A stretch of 13,395 nt of DNA, from NCBI GenBank assembly GCA_039591655.1, contig JBDHDE010000065.1, positions 1 through 13,395 on the forward strand. Direction: 5' to 3'. Positions 6,889-13,395 of this stretch are shown piece by piece. The notes below the pieces were generated by a model, which saw only the letters and a program-made list of their open reading frames with translations, was not told where the DNA came from and did not search any database. This DNA is from Gemmatimonadota bacterium. Its GTDB lineage: Bacteria; Gemmatimonadota; Gemmatimonadetes; Gemmatimonadales; GWC2-71-9. The first letter of the stretch is position 1. Every line of letters starts with the position of its first letter. A program made the translations under genes and the position numbers.

Positions 6889-8421
6889 ATGCCAATACCG
6901 GTCCTCAACGCCGCCCAAGCAGCCGAGTGGGACGAGCGCGCGCGGACGGTGGCTTGCATCCCCAGCCGGGTGCTGATGGAAGCCGCCGGCCGGGCTGTGG
7001 CGCAGCTGACGGCCCGGGACTATGCCCCGCTGCTGGACGGCGGCGTGCTGGTCGTGGCCGGCCACGGCAACAATGGCGGCGACGGCTGGGTGGCGGCCCG
7101 GGCGCTCAAGGCCGGCGGCGTGCCCGTGTGGGTGGCGGAGCTCGATCACGAGCGGTCGGCCGACTGTGAGGCCAACCGGCTCCTGGCGCTGGCCGATGGG
7201 GTGGAGCTGCTCGAGGCCGCAGCGACGTGGCCCGAGGCAGCCATCATGGTGGATGCCCTGCTCGGCACCGGCGCTTCCGGCGCCCCGCGGGGACCCATCG
7301 GTGAGCTGGCCGGCCGGCTCGCCCGGCATGGTGGACCGGTTGTGGCGGTGGACGGCCCCACGGGCCTCGATCTCTCCACCGGCGAGGCGTTCGGCCCCTG
7401 CCGCGCCAGTCTCACCGTGACCTTCGGCGGCGCCCGCCGGGGACACCTCCTGGCCCGGGACTGGTGCGGCAAGGTAGTGGTCGCCGACATCGGGTTCCCT
7501 CCGGTGGATCCCGCGTGGCCCGTGCTCCTCACCGGCGCCGAGGCGAGCGCCCTGCTCCCTCCGTTTCACGCGACCATGCACAAGGGCGATCGGGGCCGGG
7601 TGGTGATCATCGGCGGTGCCGAGGGCATGGCGGGAGCCGCACTGCACGCGGCGTCGGCGGCCTTCGCGGCGGGCACGGGGCTGGTCAAGATTGCCGCCTC
7701 GCCCGTGACCGCGCAGGCCGCGCAGACAGTGCACCCCGACGCCCTGACCGTGACGACGGCGCTGGGTCCGTCACTCGAGCCCGAGCTGGAGGAGGCCATC
7801 CGGTGGGCCGATGCCGTGGTGCTGGGCCCTGGGCTGGGGCGGGGAGAGGACCGCAACGCCCTGGCGGCCGCGGTGCTGGAGCGGGCCCGGGTACCGGTGG
7901 TCATCGATGCGGACGCGCTCCACACCGGCGAGGCCCTGAAGGCCGGCAACGCACCCCGGGTTCTCACGCCGCATCCGGGGGAGTTCCAGGCCGCTTTCCC
8001 CGCTCTGGGCGACGTGCTCGAGGCCGACCGGTTCGCCGCCGCGTCCGAGGCGGCTCCCGGTGTGGCCGCCGAGACGGTGCTGCTCCTCAAGGGGGTACCC
8101 ACGGTCGTAGCCACTGAGGGGCGGCCCCCCCGTGTGGTGGCTACCGGAAACCCGGCCCTGGCCACCGGCGGCAGCGGTGATCTCCTGTCAGGCTTCATCG
8201 CGGCGTTCCTGGCCCGAGGGCTCAACCCCTTCGATGCCGCCGGGCTCGGGGCGTTCGCGCTGGGTCGCAGCGCCGAGCTAGCCGCGGTGCAGCACACGGT
8301 GCGGGCCACGCGCCCGGCCGACGTGCTCGCCGCGGTGCCGGAGCTGTGGCGGCTCCTCGCCGGGCCCGGCTCCTACATGCCACCCATCCTGGTCGAGCTG
8401 CCGTCGCCGGCACTCGTCTGA
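6889..8421 (+). CDS. nnr: Bifunctional NAD(P)H-hydrate epimerase / ADP-dependent dehydratase (YjeF)
   Basis: The N-terminal domain has LMEAAG, GHGNNGGDG, DALLGTG and VDGPTG. The C-terminal domain has HKGDRG, GPGLGR, IDADAL, TPHPGE, LLKG and LATGGSGDLLSG. Start is ATG 6889 or TTG 6886. Confidence 0.95.
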   Translation: MPIPVLNAAQAAEWDERARTVACIPSRVLMEAAGRAVAQLTARDYAPLLDGGVLVVAGHGNNGGDGWVAARALKAGGVPVWVAELDHERSADCEANRLLALADGVELLEAAATWPEAAIMVDALLGTGASGAPRGPIGELAGRLARHGGPVVAVDGPTGLDLSTGEAFGPCRASLTVTFGGARRGHLLARDWCGKVVVADIGFPPVDPAWPVLLTGAEASALLPPFHATMHKGDRGRVVIIGGAEGMAGAALHAASAAFAAGTGLVKIAASPVTAQAAQTVHPDALTVTTALGPSLEPELEEAIRWADAVVLGPGLGRGEDRNALAAAVLERARVPVVIDADALHTGEALKAGNAPRVLTPHPGEFQAAFPALGDVLEADRFAAASEAAPGVAAETVLLLKGVPTVVATEGRPPRVVATGNPALATGGSGDLLSGFIAAFLARGLNPFDAAGLGAFALGRSAELAAVQHTVRATRPADVLAAVPELWRLLAGPGSYMPPILVELPSPALV

Positions 8422-9995
8422 TGCGTTCCGCACTCCTGCTGTCCGCCGCGTTGGTGTGCGCGCAGCCGCTCGCCGCCCAGCTGGGCTCACGGCTGTGGCG
8501 GCCCGAAGAGCGGGTGGTGCTCACCGACTTGAGCTTTGTGGATGCCGTGGCCGTCTCCGACGATGTGCTCTACGTCGCGAGCCGGGGCGGGCTGGGGGTG
8601 TACGACCGGCCGTTCGACCGCTGGCTGCCTCCGGTCACCCACCTCGACGGCTACCCGCCCGAGCGCATCCGGACCGCCCTGGTGGATCCCGTGGACCGCT
8701 CGCTCTGGCTGGGCACCGATACACGTGTGCTGCACTACCAACCGACCCTGCGACGCTTCGAGTCCGTCGCCGCACCCGGCGGCGCCGTGGAGCTCATGTT
8801 CGACCGGGCCGACTCGTTCAAGGGGATCTACGTGCTGGGCCGCCTTGGCTGGGGATTCATTCCCCGGGGGAGCTTCCTCATGACGGAGGCGCCGCCCCTG
8901 CCGCCCCTGGGGCGGCGGGAGCGCACGATAACCGTGGAGGAGGCGCTCAACATGGTGCCCTTCATGGCGGCTTGGGCTCCGGCGGCCCTCACCGACGAGA
9001 GGCTGCGGACATTCCGCTACACCTCGGCGGCCGTGGCCCGGACCACCGAGCAAGTGTTCTTCGGCACCGACGGCATGGGGCTTCTCGGGGTGGACGGCCT
9101 GACCACCGACGTCGTGCGGATGCCCTTCGGCCTCCTGGCTACGGGCGCCCGGGCCGTGGTGACGGCTCCCGGGGGTGTGTGGGTCGGCACCGGCCCCTTG
9201 GCGCCCCGGGTGGGCCTCACGTTCGTGAGCCGGGATCTGCAGGAGTTCCGCTACGAGGAGGGGGCCCGCGCCGTCGGCTTCCAGTTCACAGTTGTGCGGG
9301 ACCTGGTACGCCGCGGGCGCACGGTGTGGGCTGCCACCGACCGCGGTGTCATCCGACTCGAGGCCGGCGGGCGCCCGGAACCGGTGCTCACCGGGTTCGG
9401 CACCGGGGCCGACGACGCATTTGCCCTGGCCGGTACCGGGCGGGGCGTCTGGGTCGGCACCGGGCGGGGCCTCATGTTCATCACCGACGACGCGGAAGTT
9501 ACCCTGGTGGACGAGCAGGTTCGGGAGCCCATCTACGCCCTCGCCGCCGCCGGAGACACGGTGTGGGTTGGGGGGCGTCGCGGCGTCGGGTTCACCTGGG
9601 AGGGCAGCGATGCGATCTACGTACCCGACCGTGGGGAACTGACCGTCCCCGTGTCCGAGCCGGTCATCGCGCTGGCGCTCGTGGCCGACACCGTGGTGGC
9701 AGCGACGCCGGAGCGCATCCTGTGGCGCGCCCCAAATGAGGAGTGGGTGGTGGAGCGCCTGCTCACCGGGGACCTGGGAGAAGTCACGGGCCTGGAGAGC
9801 GATGGGGAAGGGGTGTGGGTCGGCGGTGTGCGGGGGGTGGCGTACTTCCGTCTTCGGTTCCGCGACTTCCGGGTGTTCAACGCCCCCGGGGACTTCCCGG
9901 GACCCGTACGGGCTCTCGCGGTGGACGAGCGGTACCTGTGGGTCGCCACTGAAGCCGGGCTGGTGCGGCTCGAGAAGAGAGCCATCATCCCGTGA
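8421..9995 (+). CDS. Secreted hypothetical beta-propeller protein (Reg_prop-like repeats, no kinase or output domain)
   Basis: ATG 8421 overlaps the nnr stop (TGATG). N-terminus MRSALLLSAALVCAQPLAA-Q is signal-peptide-like. Blade motifs LYVAS, LWLGT, VFFGT, VWVGT (x2), VWAAT, VWVGG (x2) and LWVAT recur, at roughly 40-45 aa spacing in the C-terminal half. 524 aa. Confidence 0.8.
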   Translation: MRSALLLSAALVCAQPLAAQLGSRLWRPEERVVLTDLSFVDAVAVSDDVLYVASRGGLGVYDRPFDRWLPPVTHLDGYPPERIRTALVDPVDRSLWLGTDTRVLHYQPTLRRFESVAAPGGAVELMFDRADSFKGIYVLGRLGWGFIPRGSFLMTEAPPLPPLGRRERTITVEEALNMVPFMAAWAPAALTDERLRTFRYTSAAVARTTEQVFFGTDGMGLLGVDGLTTDVVRMPFGLLATGARAVVTAPGGVWVGTGPLAPRVGLTFVSRDLQEFRYEEGARAVGFQFTVVRDLVRRGRTVWAATDRGVIRLEAGGRPEPVLTGFGTGADDAFALAGTGRGVWVGTGRGLMFITDDAEVTLVDEQVREPIYALAAAGDTVWVGGRRGVGFTWEGSDAIYVPDRGELTVPVSEPVIALALVADTVVAATPERILWRAPNEEWVVERLLTGDLGEVTGLESDGEGVWVGGVRGVAYFRLRFRDFRVFNAPGDFPGPVRALAVDERYLWVATEAGLVRLEKRAIIP

Positions 9996-10942
9996 CGGCC
10001 GAGAGCCGCCACACTGCGCTCGGCCCCGGCGGCGAGTTCGATCGCATTCGCGCCATCTGGCGGCGCTTGGGCGAGCAGGTGAGCCCGGCGGGGGACGACT
10101 GCGCTCTGGTGACCCTGGGCGGCGAGCTCCTGGCGATCTCGACCGACGTGACGATCGAGGGCACGCACTTCCAGCCGGGATGGCTCTCGGCCGAGGAGAT
10201 CGGCTGGCGCGCCACGGCGGCGGCGCTGTCCGACCTCGCGGCGGTGGCGGCGGAGCCCCGGGGGGTGCTGGTCTCCCTCGGGGCCTCACCGGAGTGGCCC
10301 GAGGCCACGGTCACCGAGATCATGCAGGGCGTCGGCGAGGCGGCCTCCGCCGTGGAGGCCCAGGTGTGGGGCGGCGACCTCGTGCGCAGCGAGCGGCTCG
10401 TCGTGGACGTCGTGGTGGTGGGGCGGGCGGACGCCCCGGTCCTGCGGTCCGGTGCCGGACCGGGCGACGGGCTGTGGATCACTGGCTCCCTCGGAGGGCC
10501 GGCGGCGGCGCTCCGAGCCTGGCTGGCGGGTGAGGAGCCGGAGAGCGCCGCCCGCGAGCGGTTCGCCCGGCCCCGTCCCCGGATCGCGGAGGCTCTCTGG
10601 CTGCGTGATGTGGGGGCGAAGGCGCTGATCGACGTGAGCGATGGGCTGCTGGGAGACGCCGGCCACTTGGCGGCGGCCTCACAGGTTGGTGTGGCGATCG
10701 AGAGCGAGCGGGTCCCGGTTCACCCCGGAGCCGCCTCTCCTGAAACGGCACTGGTCGGCGGCGAGGAGTACGAGCTCCTCGCAGCCCTCCCGGAGGGAGT
10801 GGCGACGGAGCCGGCCCAGGGCTTCGAGGAGACCTTCGGCATCCCCCTGACGCGCATCGGCCGCGTCGAGGCGGGGTCCGGCGTGCGACTCCTTGAGGGC
10901 GGCTCGCCCGTCCCGCTCCCGCCTGGGTACACTCAGTTCTGA
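9992..10942 (+). CDS. thiL: Thiamine-monophosphate kinase
   Basis: GEFDRI, GDDCA, STD..IEGTHF, LSDLAA, GGD, IDVSDGL..D..HL, GGEEYEL. GTGA overlap with the upstream stop. Confidence 0.95.
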   Translation: MTAESRHTALGPGGEFDRIRAIWRRLGEQVSPAGDDCALVTLGGELLAISTDVTIEGTHFQPGWLSAEEIGWRATAAALSDLAAVAAEPRGVLVSLGASPEWPEATVTEIMQGVGEAASAVEAQVWGGDLVRSERLVVDVVVVGRADAPVLRSGAGPGDGLWITGSLGGPAAALRAWLAGEEPESAARERFARPRPRIAEALWLRDVGAKALIDVSDGLLGDAGHLAAASQVGVAIESERVPVHPGAASPETALVGGEEYELLAALPEGVATEPAQGFEETFGIPLTRIGRVEAGSGVRLLEGGSPVPLPPGYTQF

Positions 10943-10949
10943 TCGAGCC

Positions 10950-13247
<2,298 letters not shown>

Positions 13248-13268
13248 CTGGAGTCGGCACCCATTGGT

Positions 13269-13277
13269 TGGTATCTT
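13269..13277 (+). promoter_or_regulatory. Candidate extended -10 promoter (TGn-TATCTT) for the tRNA
   Basis: TGGTATCTT at 13269-13277 lies in an AT-richer patch about 45 nt upstream of the tRNA. No convincing -35. Confidence 0.5.
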
Positions 13278-13321
13278 TTGTGACAGCCGGCGGCGGGGCC
13301 GGGAAGCGCCGGCGGCAACGT

Positions 13322-13395
13322 GGCGGAGTAGCTCAGGTGGTTAGAGCAGCGGAATCATAATCCGCGTGTCGGGGGTTCGAGTCCCTCCTCCGCTA
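13322..13395 (+). tRNA. tRNA-Met (anticodon CAT), elongator type
   Basis: Acceptor stem GGCGGAG/CTCCGCT with discriminator A. D arm GCTC...GAGC. Anticodon stem GCGGA/TCCGC with CAT at 13356-13358. T arm GGGGG-TTCGAGT-CCCTC. It has a G1-U72 pair and lacks both the C1:A72 mismatch and the three consecutive anticodon-stem G-C pairs of initiators. The window ends before any CCA. Confidence 0.95.

Noticed and set aside
8892..8909. 9-bp tandem repeat CCGCCCCTG x2 (PPLPPL)
   Set aside because: It is a short in-frame low-complexity repeat in a probable Pro-rich linker, with no evidence of significance.
8456..9739. 427-aa alternative-frame + strand ORF, and similar ones at 1742-2506, 7464-8117 and 9736-10533
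   Set aside because: They have the Arg/Gly/Pro/Ala-rich composition typical of off-frame GC-rich sequence and overlap real genes.
8487..10289. 600-aa minus-strand ORF, plus other long antisense ORFs (556-1455, 1260-2474, 2365-3429, 3689-4777, 4627-5778, 6754-7734, 11635-12789)
   Set aside because: They mirror well-supported + strand genes and have no recognisable motifs. Long shadow frames are expected in high-GC coding DNA where stop codons are scarce.
13322..13395. Initiator tRNA-fMet or lysidine tRNA-Ile2 interpretation of the CAT anticodon
   Set aside because: It lacks initiator determinants, and the GGCGG acceptor with G1-U72 fits elongator Met better than Ile2. A tRNAscan-SE isotype model would confirm this.

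Overview
This is a high-GC, densely packed stretch of bacterial core genome with every gene on the + strand. The gene content and order resemble Gemmatimonadota, but that assignment is inferred from recall and not verified. Block 1 (1-6015) holds the 3' end of a thiolase, bioY, a CPBP/CAAX membrane protease, 3-hydroxybutyryl-CoA dehydrogenase, an acyl-CoA dehydrogenase, a Leu/Phe/Val dehydrogenase and glyA. Block 2 (6090-6761) holds two small genes of unknown function, a Minf_1886/TIGR04138-like protein and a 64-aa four-cysteine putative zinc-ribbon protein, with hairpin and repeat elements around the second. Block 3 (6889-13395) holds nnr, a secreted beta-propeller protein, thiL, a PlsC-type acyltransferase, eno, ftsB/divIC and an elongator tRNA-Met(CAT) at the window edge. 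I see no mobile element, CRISPR array or defence system. The best candidates for something uncharacterised are the small-gene pair with its flanking structured RNA, the beta-propeller gene coupled between nnr and thiL, a 12-bp in-frame duplication in bioY, and two promoters that imply leaderless or near-leaderless mRNAs.
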